Assembly (NCBI GenBank): GCA_963812605.1
Contig: CAWEWF010000014.1
Span: 800,001 to 864,000 of the forward strand
Source of the DNA: an uncultured Verrucomicrobiae bacterium
GTDB taxonomy: Bacteria > Verrucomicrobiota > Verrucomicrobiia > Palsa-1439
Direction: 5' to 3'
DNA length: 64,000 nucleotides
Under the pieces are notes generated by a model, which ran no database searches, was not told the origin of the DNA, and was given only the letters and a program-made list of their open reading frames with translations. The position numbers and the translations under genes were made by a program. This document shows, in pieces, positions 23,389 through 31,591 of this stretch (position 1 is its first letter; each line of letters begins with the position of its first letter).

Positions 23389-24617
23389 TGCATTTGTCTC
23401 CTGAATTCCTGGATGCGGCGGACGAGTTGTGCGAACTCTCGTCGTGTCAGCCGCCTCGTCTCCAACCGCTGTTCACAATCGCCGGCCAGTTCCTCCCAGG
23501 CGCGGCGCAATTCGGGGCGCGCCCCGAGCCGGGCGGCGATTTCTGCCGCCGTCGCTGCTGCGCCCAGTCCGTGTCGGTCGCTCAACTCCTGCCGCACATG
23601 TTGATACAAATACTCGAGCGTCTCCAACTGCGTGTCCGCGCGCCGGTACAAATCACCCAGGGCTACCGTGTATTCCATGACCGAGCGACGCGTCTCATGG
23701 ACGAGCGGCACCGCTTCCCCGAACCGTCGCGCCTGCGAATACAACACCAACGCCGCCACCAGCGCAAGCTGTAGCGCGGAGAATTTCACGACAGGTAACG
23801 TGAGGAAATCGCGCATGGCAAACTCGCTCGAATAGCCGTGATGGTACTCGTCAAACAAGATCGTGCCCCCTTCGGGCAGATCGCGCAACAAATCCAGCAG
23901 AAGCGCCAGGTTGTCGCTCGCCACCAGAAATTCGTTGTCGATGAGGGAAGCGCTGGAGAAAAAGACCACTTGTCCCCGGCCGTGCGGCGCCCACAGCGCA
24001 TGCGCTGCCCCGTCGCCACCCACCACCAGCGGTACCGCCGCGCCCTCGGTGACGCGGAAGCCGGGACTCTCTTCCAGGGTGACGGCGTGCACGCCTTCGG
24101 TGAGCTTGAGCGGTGTGATCCCGTGAACGGTTTCTGTTTTGCGACGCAAGGTCCAGAAGTCCGCGCTTCCCGCGGCCTCGAGCTCATTCGTCCCCAGTCG
24201 AATGTCCAAGGCCTCCAGCAATTTGGATGCGAACCGCCCCCCGTGCCGGTCGGGGTTCGCGTAATACAACAGGAGGTTCCCCCGCGCCAGCCAGCGCGCC
24301 AGGGCGTCGCTCTCCTCGCCTGTCGGGGGCGCGGGTCCCTGTCTGCTGAAAGATTCCTCGGAGGCAAAATCGGCATACACCAAAACACCGGTTCGCGACG
24401 CGAGCTTTGTCCATGGGTGCTGCCAGCGCTCCGCCCGCCATCCAAGTTTCTGCAGCGTCACAAAGATGGCCTTGGTGCCCGCCGGCGAGGGATTGAAACT
24501 GCTCGGCGCGAGGGAGAGCGCATAGCGCTCGCGGTTTCCCGCCACGGCGAGCGCGAGCGCGAAGGTAACCAGCAAGATGACGCCAAAGAGCAGCCAGTGC
24601 CGCGCCTGCGAACTCAT
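23385..24617 (-). CDS. DUF4350 domain membrane protein
   Basis: N-terminal TM, GTKAIF, ILFDEYHHG, second TM followed by RRFG; locus context. Confidence 0.8.
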   Translation of the reverse strand: MSSQARHWLLFGVILLVTFALALAVAGNRERYALSLAPSSFNPSPAGTKAIFVTLQKLGWRAERWQHPWTKLASRTGVLVYADFASEESFSRQGPAPPTGEESDALARWLARGNLLLYYANPDRHGGRFASKLLEALDIRLGTNELEAAGSADFWTLRRKTETVHGITPLKLTEGVHAVTLEESPGFRVTEGAAVPLVVGGDGAAHALWAPHGRGQVVFFSSASLIDNEFLVASDNLALLLDLLRDLPEGGTILFDEYHHGYSSEFAMRDFLTLPVVKFSALQLALVAALVLYSQARRFGEAVPLVHETRRSVMEYTVALGDLYRRADTQLETLEYLYQHVRQELSDRHGLGAAATAAEIAARLGARPELRRAWEELAGDCEQRLETRRLTRREFAQLVRRIQEFRRQMQ

Positions 24618-25630
24618 GCCTCATCCGCTCCCTGGATTTCACCACCGCCAACATCCTCCAGCAGTTTGCTCGTCATCGAGGCGAACTGTTGGACATACAT
24701 GGCATCGCAGGACTCAGCGCCGAAAACCGTGCGGTCATACATAAGATTTAGCGAGCGGAACGACGAGACCAGCGCTGCCGCTGGCGATTTTTGCCGAAAT
24801 TGCGAGAGATACTCCCAGTTCGTGCGCGTGCGGTCGTGAACCACCAGGCCCCGTCTCTCCAAGCCCGCCAGAAGCGCGAGATGAAAGTTCTTGAGCGCCT
24901 CGATCAGCTCCCCGCGCTGCAATAGCTCCTGCGCGCGCTGCCAATAAATGCCCGGAGACTCCAGTTGGGTGACCGCCTGGGTTGCGAGCGTGCTGACGAT
25001 TTTTTCGCGCGATTGCAACGCCCGCCAGATCAAGTAGCCCGCCAGGATAAACAGTGGCAACACAAGTATGCCCATCGCGATGTAGTAGGCAATCGTGGCG
25101 GCGCGCTGTCCCAAATTTGTCGAGAAGATGCGCTCCAGCCACTTTGACAAGGCTTCGAGCATGCGGATCCCATACCGCTGCCACCAACTCGGCGACGCGG
25201 TGCCATGGTATTCCGGGGCGGCCAGGATCTCCGTGAGCGCTTTCCGGGTTTCGTTGAGATTATGTTCGCGGAGCGCTCCGCGCTCGGGCTCAGTCTCCGT
25301 TTCAATGAGAAGTTGGCGGCAAAGAGCAACTAATCGCTGCCAATCCGCGTCCTTCGGACCATGTCCGTCGCGGCAGAGACGCTGCGTTTCATCACCGATC
25401 GCAACCGCCGCCGCATTCCAACCCGTCCGCCAGGATTGATTCAACAGCATCGACGCCGCGCTTTGCACGGCATTGGTATCGCCGCTTTCGAGCGAACGCA
25501 CGAGTTGTTCGATGGAAGCGCGAAATTCGACCCGCGGCGTAACCATCGGCTCCGCGTGCGCGGACGAGACAGCCTCCGCGAACGAAAGACAAGTGACGAT
25601 CAGGCAAGCGACGAGCGATTTCTTCATCAT
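24614..25630 (-). CDS. DUF4129 domain membrane protein
   Basis: Signal-like N-terminus, ILAAPEY, TM, RTNWEYL, YDRTVFG. Confidence 0.78.
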   Translation of the reverse strand: MMKKSLVACLIVTCLSFAEAVSSAHAEPMVTPRVEFRASIEQLVRSLESGDTNAVQSAASMLLNQSWRTGWNAAAVAIGDETQRLCRDGHGPKDADWQRLVALCRQLLIETETEPERGALREHNLNETRKALTEILAAPEYHGTASPSWWQRYGIRMLEALSKWLERIFSTNLGQRAATIAYYIAMGILVLPLFILAGYLIWRALQSREKIVSTLATQAVTQLESPGIYWQRAQELLQRGELIEALKNFHLALLAGLERRGLVVHDRTRTNWEYLSQFRQKSPAAALVSSFRSLNLMYDRTVFGAESCDAMYVQQFASMTSKLLEDVGGGEIQGADEA

Positions 25631-26499
25631 GAATGCACCGGTGGGACCGGTTGGACGCCCATCGATGACGCCAACATTTGCAGGTCAAAGCCTTCTTTGC
25701 GGATCCGAATATCGTAGTAGAAGAGAATCATGGCGATCGTCCCAATGGGTGATACACCGGCTTGGACGATCATGGTCAGCGTGCCCTGCAACAAGTGCAT
25801 GGGGCCGAGCAGGCTTGGCGGGTGGCTGCGATCATGGGTCAAAACTTGGGCAATGCCGAAAGGAAGGCTGACAATGCCACCGGCCGCTGCGGCGAGCATG
25901 AAGACGATGATTAGAATCACGCTGGCCTTCATGATGTTGTTGCGGAAGAAACCTTTGTCCGATTTCTTGCGCATCAGCTCGCTGCTCCGCCGCATCGCCT
26001 CCGTCGGGCCGAGACCTTCGATGACCACAACCTGGCCGACCAAGAGGTACGAAAGAAGAAAGTAAACGCCCGGCGCGATACAAGCCACCATCCCCAGGAC
26101 GACGATGAGCGAGGTCAAGAGCGTCGCGCCCAGTAACTTGCCCAGGCGCGGCCGCACGCGGCGCAGGGATTCGGCGATCCCGATCGGTTCGCCCAGATAG
26201 ATCGACGAGACGGCCGTGGTCAATGTCCCGATCCCAACCTGCGCCGCGAGAAACGTCACCATCGTTGACAAGAACAGGGCGACGAAAAAAATCAGTCCCG
26301 GTAGATGCGGCGCCATTCCCGGTGACGGCTGCAGAGGCACGAGCGATGCCTGCCAGGTCAGCGCCCCGAGAAAGCTGATGGCCTGCACCGCCAACATGAT
26401 CAGGAAGAACGTCATGAAATGCGCCCGATAGAGACGGAACGTCCGGTCCAGGATTTCGCCGAGATCCATCGGTCGCAAGTCCAGTCGCACTGCGGTCAT
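25627..26499 (-). CDS. multi-pass membrane protein (LRPMxLGEILD family)
   Basis: LRPMDLGEILDRTFRLYR ... YYDIRIRKEGFDL; GGAGG RBS before ATG 26499. Confidence 0.8.
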   Translation of the reverse strand: MTAVRLDLRPMDLGEILDRTFRLYRAHFMTFFLIMLAVQAISFLGALTWQASLVPLQPSPGMAPHLPGLIFFVALFLSTMVTFLAAQVGIGTLTTAVSSIYLGEPIGIAESLRRVRPRLGKLLGATLLTSLIVVLGMVACIAPGVYFLLSYLLVGQVVVIEGLGPTEAMRRSSELMRKKSDKGFFRNNIMKASVILIIVFMLAAAAGGIVSLPFGIAQVLTHDRSHPPSLLGPMHLLQGTLTMIVQAGVSPIGTIAMILFYYDIRIRKEGFDLQMLASSMGVQPVPPVHS

Positions 26500-26619
26500 T
26501 ACCAGCCTCCGTATCCTTGTGGGGTTGATAACGGTTGCGCCGCCATCCGGCGCCACCGTCGCGATGGGCAGTGTTGTAGCGGGTCGCACGCGCGAGCGCA
26601 ATCCGCAATTCCACAGCGA

Positions 26620-27051
26620 CTAGGAGACCGGACCAAGGTCGAGGTGCTGCGGGGGATTCGGCGGAAGTTTCCAGACGATCTCGCCGTGGTCGGTCGCGGC
26701 GTGCATCTGGTTGGCGAGTTCAATGCCCGCATTATAGGTCTTTTCGAAGGCGACAAAATCCCTCGCCGCAACGTGTTGATCGAGCGGGTCAAGAATCTTC
26801 TGCGTGTAGGTTTCGACCATGCCCTTGTACTTCGGGCGGGTCAGGTTGCCCTTCTTGAACAGGCTGCGGACACCGCGCAATTGATAGGCTGCCAACTCCC
26901 AATTCCCGCCTTTCGCCGCGTAGTAGGCAATCCAATAGCGGTCGCTCACGTCGCGCATCAACGTGCCAAGTCCCGGCTGCAGTTCCGCGATCTGGTCCAG
27001 GGTCAGCTCGCCGTGTTTGGTCCGCCCCACAATCGGTTTCTCATCCGCCAT
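26620..27051 (-). CDS. hypothetical helical protein resembling class II cytochrome c but lacking CxxCH
   Basis: C-terminal 143 aa of ORF 26620..27510: PGLGTLM, GGNWELAAYQL, ANQMH. Confidence 0.65.
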   Translation of the reverse strand: MADEKPIVGRTKHGELTLDQIAELQPGLGTLMRDVSDRYWIAYYAAKGGNWELAAYQLRGVRSLFKKGNLTRPKYKGMVETYTQKILDPLDQHVAARDFVAFEKTYNAGIELANQMHAATDHGEIVWKLPPNPPQHLDLGPVS

Positions 27052-27146
27052 ATGCACTTGTGTAGTCGGCGTCCCCTGACAAATCAACCCAAAACAAAAC
27101 CCCGACACACGCGTGCCGGGGTTCGTCGAGTTGGAAAGAGCAAGTT

Positions 27147-27510
27147 CTACGTTGGCTTTACCGGTCTTTCCGCCGTTGGAATTCATCAGCGGACAAGTGC
27201 CCGCTTTCGGCCCTTGCCGCTGTGCGCGTCCCACTGTGTCAACTGGTCGGGCGTCAGAGATTTTCTCCAGCCCCGTGTTGAACATCGCGTGAATTCCGAG
27301 GTCGAAGTTGCCTTGAGACAATCTTGCTTCAAGAACGTCAATTTTCGCTTTCTGGTCGTCCGTCAGGTTCAGCTTGCTGAACATGTCGCCGCAAGACGCT
27401 GCCTTCGCGCTACCCTTCGCCATCCCTCCGCAACAACCTTCACCCGCAAACACCGATGCCGACCCGAGCGCGACGACTGCCGCTACCGTAAATGCTAAAA
27501 ACTTTCTCAC
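27147..27510 (-). CDS. Spy/CpxP-like (LTxxQ) exported protein, Cys-rich; several apparent indel errors
   Basis: Signal peptide, LNLTDDQKAKI; LKQDCLKATSTSE and LTPDQLTQW lie in an alternate frame; off-frame TAG near 27147. Confidence 0.55.
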
Positions 27511-27649
27511 GTGTTCTCCTTTTGTGTTGGTTCGTCAGCTTGGACACAATATTACCATAAGATTGTTCGATCTTCCCCTCGCGCCGACAAGCCCGCATCC
27601 CCAGCCCGTTCGTTGGCGAGAGATTTTTGGACTTCGTACTCTTGCCCGG

Positions 27650-27907
27650 TTAGGGGAACCGCTTGTTGTATTCCTCGTGCGCGCCGATCCACTCCCAGAG
27701 GAACACGTCTCCGACGAAATGTCCTACCGCGCGGTAATGATCGCCCACTCGCACCGACCAGAGTGGGGAGCGAATCGGCTTAAATTTCAGGGAAGGATGA
27801 AGCGGGTTTTGCTTCCAGAGGACGAATTTCTTCCGGGCGAGTCGTTGAACGGGGGCAGGCAACTGCTCGTAACACGCCCAAAAGTTCCGCGTGGCGTGGG
27901 AAGTCAC
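27650..27907 (-). CDS. RelE/ParE-like toxin
   Basis: FWACYEQLP, NPLHPSLKFK, WSVRVGDHYRA, WIGAHEEYN. Confidence 0.85.
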   Translation of the reverse strand: MTSHATRNFWACYEQLPAPVQRLARKKFVLWKQNPLHPSLKFKPIRSPLWSVRVGDHYRAVGHFVGDVFLWEWIGAHEEYNKRFP

Positions 27908-28104
27908 GGGAACTCGGTCGTACGGCCTTTCCGGTACTCAACCTCGGATTCCTTGACGAGCTTGTCGAACTTGCCGGCCGCCGCGTCGCGTTTCATCTGC
28001 AAGTCCCATTCGTCATCGGCGGAGTGGTTCAACCACTGCATCAGTTCCAAGCGTTCTTCGAGGGACAGATGCTCAATCGCCTTCTTGATTTCGTTCACGC
28101 TCAC
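27904..28104 (-). CDS. putative antitoxin
   Basis: 66 aa, acidic, WDLQMKRDAAAGKFDKL; stop overlaps toxin start. Confidence 0.8.
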   Translation of the reverse strand: MSVNEIKKAIEHLSLEERLELMQWLNHSADDEWDLQMKRDAAAGKFDKLVKESEVEYRKGRTTEFP

Positions 28105-28301
28105 AGCCGTAGTTCCCCGTCGGAAGCGTAATCAGCCAGTAGCGCCTTCGCAGCCCGCTCCAGTTCCTGCGCCTCATTCATGCCCACCTTGAAGTCATTC
28201 GGAATCCAAGAGTCGTCTTGTTCAACGATGAATTTCGCCACTACGGCCCGCTCTCCGGGCGGCAAGGCTTTGATCTGCTCAATAATTTCTTTCCCGCTCA
28301 T
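28101..28301 (-). CDS. second antitoxin-like small protein, possibly chimeric
   Basis: EIIEQIKALPPGER resembles the N-terminus of the adjacent antitoxin; stop overlaps the next start. Confidence 0.55.
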   Translation of the reverse strand: MSGKEIIEQIKALPPGERAVVAKFIVEQDDSWIPNDFKVGMNEAQELERAAKALLADYASDGELRL

Positions 28302-28439
28302 GGCTTGGTTTGGCTCTATACATACTGCACTTTCGCCCGACACTCAAGCCCGAAGCGGCCCGCCCAACCCAACGGCTGCATGTGAAAGGATCAAGTCGCA
28401 GCGCCTCTCTGGCGGTACGCATTTCGAGGGCGGCGAGAA

Positions 28440-28466
28440 CAACGCGAATAGGATTCGCGTTGCTAC
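28440..28466 (-). repeat. REP-like element (GTAG plus hairpin)
   Basis: Minus strand GTAG-CAACGCGAAT-CCT-ATTCGCGTTG. Confidence 0.55.
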
Positions 28467-28503
28467 GATTTCAACGCCAGTGGTATATGCGAATGCGAAA
28501 GCG

Positions 28504-30642
28504 CTACGGAACCGGCTCGAGGGTCACGAAGCCGCTTTCATTCGTTCCCAGGAAAAGTCCGCCGCCGAAACGATTGGTCTGCAAGAGTTCCCCGTTGAAG
28601 AAAATCGGCATCTTGTTGATGGCCGTGTTCACGAAGCTGCCGCTGAACAGCCCGGTCGTCGGCGCCACAAATAAGGACAACTTGTCGCTACCGGGCGTCA
28701 GCACCGTGACATTGCCAAAAGCATCCACGACCACGGTGTTGACGATGTTGCTGACGAGGTTGCCGCCGCCCAGCGTCACCACGTTGGTTCCCGCGACCGA
28801 CGGGTTGCCATTGTTCGGTTTGGTGTACACGGCGCCCGTCAATTCCACCAGCGTCGTAAACCCACCAGAATAGAAATGAGTCGTTGGGAGCGGCGGTTTC
28901 AGCCAGTCGAGCGCGGCGTCGACGAAGTTGGTGCCGGTAAAGACGAGCCGCCCGAGTGAAATGCCTTTATTCTGATACAGCACCTGATAGAATGGCCATG
29001 TATTAATCAACGATACGGGGGCAAGGGCGGAAATCGGCGTTCCATCACCCAGTACCCCCTTCAGGCGCCCCCTCCCGAGTTTCGAAACGGTCAATGTCCC
29101 GTAGCCGTATCCCTGGGGAAAATTCGGGTCCGCTGGATTCGCGGGCGGCACTACAAACGTGAATCGACCCGCCACGGGGCAATGAAATGACTTGGTGAAG
29201 CCGCCCAGGTCAGCGAGCACCTGCGAGGTGAACACGCCGTCCGACACCGTGCCGATGATCTGGTTCGTCCCACCGGTCTGCGTCAACTGCAACATGACCT
29301 GGAGTGGGCTCAGGTTGCCGCGCGCAACGGTGTTCGTCGCAAATCCTCCGACATCGAACTGGCCCTGAAACATCGAGCGTGCGGTGCCCATGGTCAGCTT
29401 GGCGGTGAATGTTCCGGGGGCATTCAGGGCGAGGCTGAGGGAACCCGAACTCGCGACGGAAAGCGCGTTGGTCTGAAGCACCAGGCCGCTGTAAGTCCCG
29501 GCAGGGAAGATATTGAACTTTAAAACGGTGCCGTGAAGTCCCGAACCCCCGAAACCGGTCGTCCCGTAGAAATTGCTGTCGCTGCCCTGGATGAGCCCGG
29601 CGTACGGGAAACCGCCCTGGGTGCCACCGCTGAAGTTATACAGTGGCGAGAACACACTGTTGGAGGTGACCTGGTACACGGTCCCAAAACGAAATCCTCC
29701 GCCGAGGGTCATCCCATAGAAGAAACCGTCGAGACCCTGGACCAGCACGCCCCGCGAATCCTTCCCTTCGCCGCCGGAAAAATTATGCAGGGTGGTTAAC
29801 GTGCCCGCCGAAGTGATCTTGAAGACCGTGCCATCACCCTGTTTCCCGCCCGAGGTTGTCCCGTAGAAAAGGCCGTCGCTGCCCTGGATCATCTGTGCGT
29901 CCGGGAAATCACCATTCGTGTTGCCGTTAAACTGGAACAAGGTGGTCAACGTGCCGGCCGGGGTGATCTGGAACACCGTGCCGGCCTTGCTGTCCTTGTT
30001 GGTACCTCCGAAATAAGTTGTGCCGTAAAAATTGCTGTCGCTGCCTTGTACCAAGCCCGCCGTCGGGCTGGCGCCGTTGGTGGCGTTGAAGCTAAAAAGT
30101 GTCGTAAAAGTGCCCGCAGAACTGACGGTAAATACGCTGCCAGTGCCATTCACCCCGCCCGCAACGGTGGTTCCGTAGAAAAGACCGTCATTGCCCTGGG
30201 CAAGCTGGATCGCCGGAAAAGCGCCGTCGATGCCGCCGGTAAAAGTATAGACCGTCGTAAACGCGCCGTTGGAACTGACCTGATAAATTGTGCCGAAGCC
30301 GGCCCCGCCGCCGAAGGTCGTTCCGTAAAACAATCCGTCGCTGCCCTGAATCACGCCTGCGCGCGGGTCCGAGCCGTCAGCCCCGCCCGTAAAGTCATAG
30401 ATGGTGGTCAACGTGCCGGCCGTGGTGATTTTGAAGACGGTGCCGGTGCCGTGCGTCCCGCCTTCCGCTGTTGTCCCATAAAAAAGGCCGTCGTTGGCCT
30501 GTACCAACTCCGATTGCGGCAGGCCGCCGTCCGAGCCGGCAAATCTATAGACAATCGTGGGGTTGAGCTTGGTCACCACGGCGCATTTGCCCGCCGTGGC
30601 CAGCAGGACAAGGGCTGCTAAAATACAGAAACTTTTCAACAC
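28504..30642 (-). CDS. secreted GloVer/TIGR03803-type repeat beta-propeller protein with a beta-rich C-terminal domain
   Basis: Signal peptide; seven repeats of LxQGxDGxFYGTTxxGG...GTVF. Confidence 0.88.
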   Translation of the reverse strand: MLKSFCILAALVLLATAGKCAVVTKLNPTIVYRFAGSDGGLPQSELVQANDGLFYGTTAEGGTHGTGTVFKITTAGTLTTIYDFTGGADGSDPRAGVIQGSDGLFYGTTFGGGAGFGTIYQVSSNGAFTTVYTFTGGIDGAFPAIQLAQGNDGLFYGTTVAGGVNGTGSVFTVSSAGTFTTLFSFNATNGASPTAGLVQGSDSNFYGTTYFGGTNKDSKAGTVFQITPAGTLTTLFQFNGNTNGDFPDAQMIQGSDGLFYGTTSGGKQGDGTVFKITSAGTLTTLHNFSGGEGKDSRGVLVQGLDGFFYGMTLGGGFRFGTVYQVTSNSVFSPLYNFSGGTQGGFPYAGLIQGSDSNFYGTTGFGGSGLHGTVLKFNIFPAGTYSGLVLQTNALSVASSGSLSLALNAPGTFTAKLTMGTARSMFQGQFDVGGFATNTVARGNLSPLQVMLQLTQTGGTNQIIGTVSDGVFTSQVLADLGGFTKSFHCPVAGRFTFVVPPANPADPNFPQGYGYGTLTVSKLGRGRLKGVLGDGTPISALAPVSLINTWPFYQVLYQNKGISLGRLVFTGTNFVDAALDWLKPPLPTTHFYSGGFTTLVELTGAVYTKPNNGNPSVAGTNVVTLGGGNLVSNIVNTVVVDAFGNVTVLTPGSDKLSLFVAPTTGLFSGSFVNTAINKMPIFFNGELLQTNRFGGGLFLGTNESGFVTLEPVP

Positions 30643-30940
30643 GACACGTTTTCCTCTCAGTTTTCTTTGGCGCGGACGGTTCCCCCGACAGGCTGGCCAC
30701 CACCAAGCACAACTTCATAGCGGAACGACCTGTCCACGTCAATACAGGGAATTCGTCATCGCCGCCAAATGGGCAAAGACGCAGTATTTGTGCTTCGTTT
30801 CGGCGTTGACCACGTGCGCATTTGTTTCGTCGCAGTTTGTGTGGAATAGTTTTGACGTGCTGTGAGTGGGCGCGCTATTGAAGTGCAGGGATGGCGCGCT
30901 TCAGGGACCAAGGAGTTGGACCGGTGGAGTGGTGGCGACG

Positions 30941-31591
30941 ATGGCGCAGATATTTCATCCGAGCACGAATACGCTCTCGAAGGTCAGCCTGTTTGGGGCG
31001 CTCTTCTTCTTGGCTGGCCTGGCCTGGGTCGGTGGTGAACTGTACCGCTCGCCGTACGTAACGCGGGCGGGCACGCCGGTGGAGCAACCAGTGCCCTTCA
31101 GCCATAAACATCATGTTCGCGACGACGGCATTGATTGTCGCTACTGTCATACTTCCGTCGAGAAGTCCGCGTTCGCCGGCATTCCGCCAACCAAGACCTG
31201 CATGACTTGTCACTCCATGATCTGGCCCGATGCCCCCATGCTGGAACCCGTTCGCAACAGCTTCCAGACGGACCAATCGATCCAGTGGACGCGCGTCGAT
31301 TATCTGCCGCAGTTTGTATACTTCAACCATAGCATCCACATTCACAAGGGCGTCGGGTGCACCACCTGTCATGGACCGGTCGGCGACATGCCGCTCACGT
31401 GGCAAAGCGCGACGCTGCAAATGCGTTGGTGTGTGGACTGCCACCGGCAACCCGAACAGTATCTGCGTCCCCGCGAAGCAGTGTTCAGCGTCGATTGGAA
31501 ACCGCCTTTCGACCAACTCGCGCAAGGACGAAAACTTATGAACGAGTACGACGTCAAGTCGCTTATCGATTGCTACACGTGCCACCGATGA
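30941..31591 (+). CDS. actA: alternative complex III pentaheme cytochrome c subunit
   Basis: One TM, QPVPFSHKHH, five CxxCH (CRYCH, CMTCH, CTTCH, CVDCH, CYTCH). Confidence 0.93.
   Translation: MAQIFHPSTNTLSKVSLFGALFFLAGLAWVGGELYRSPYVTRAGTPVEQPVPFSHKHHVRDDGIDCRYCHTSVEKSAFAGIPPTKTCMTCHSMIWPDAPMLEPVRNSFQTDQSIQWTRVDYLPQFVYFNHSIHIHKGVGCTTCHGPVGDMPLTWQSATLQMRWCVDCHRQPEQYLRPREAVFSVDWKPPFDQLAQGRKLMNEYDVKSLIDCYTCHR

Noticed and set aside
26620-27510. 296-aa fusion protein
   Set aside because: The middle is low-quality translation; motifs lie in alternate frames and a second start exists at 27051, so it is likely two genes joined by indels
28360-28440. Integron attC site (GCCCAAC) beside the TA module
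   Set aside because: No matching GTTRRRY or extended dyad symmetry; no integron integrase
29500-30560. CRISPR-like or tandem DNA repeats
   Set aside because: Periodicity comes from protein propeller repeats; no CRISPR array or cas gene was seen anywhere in the window
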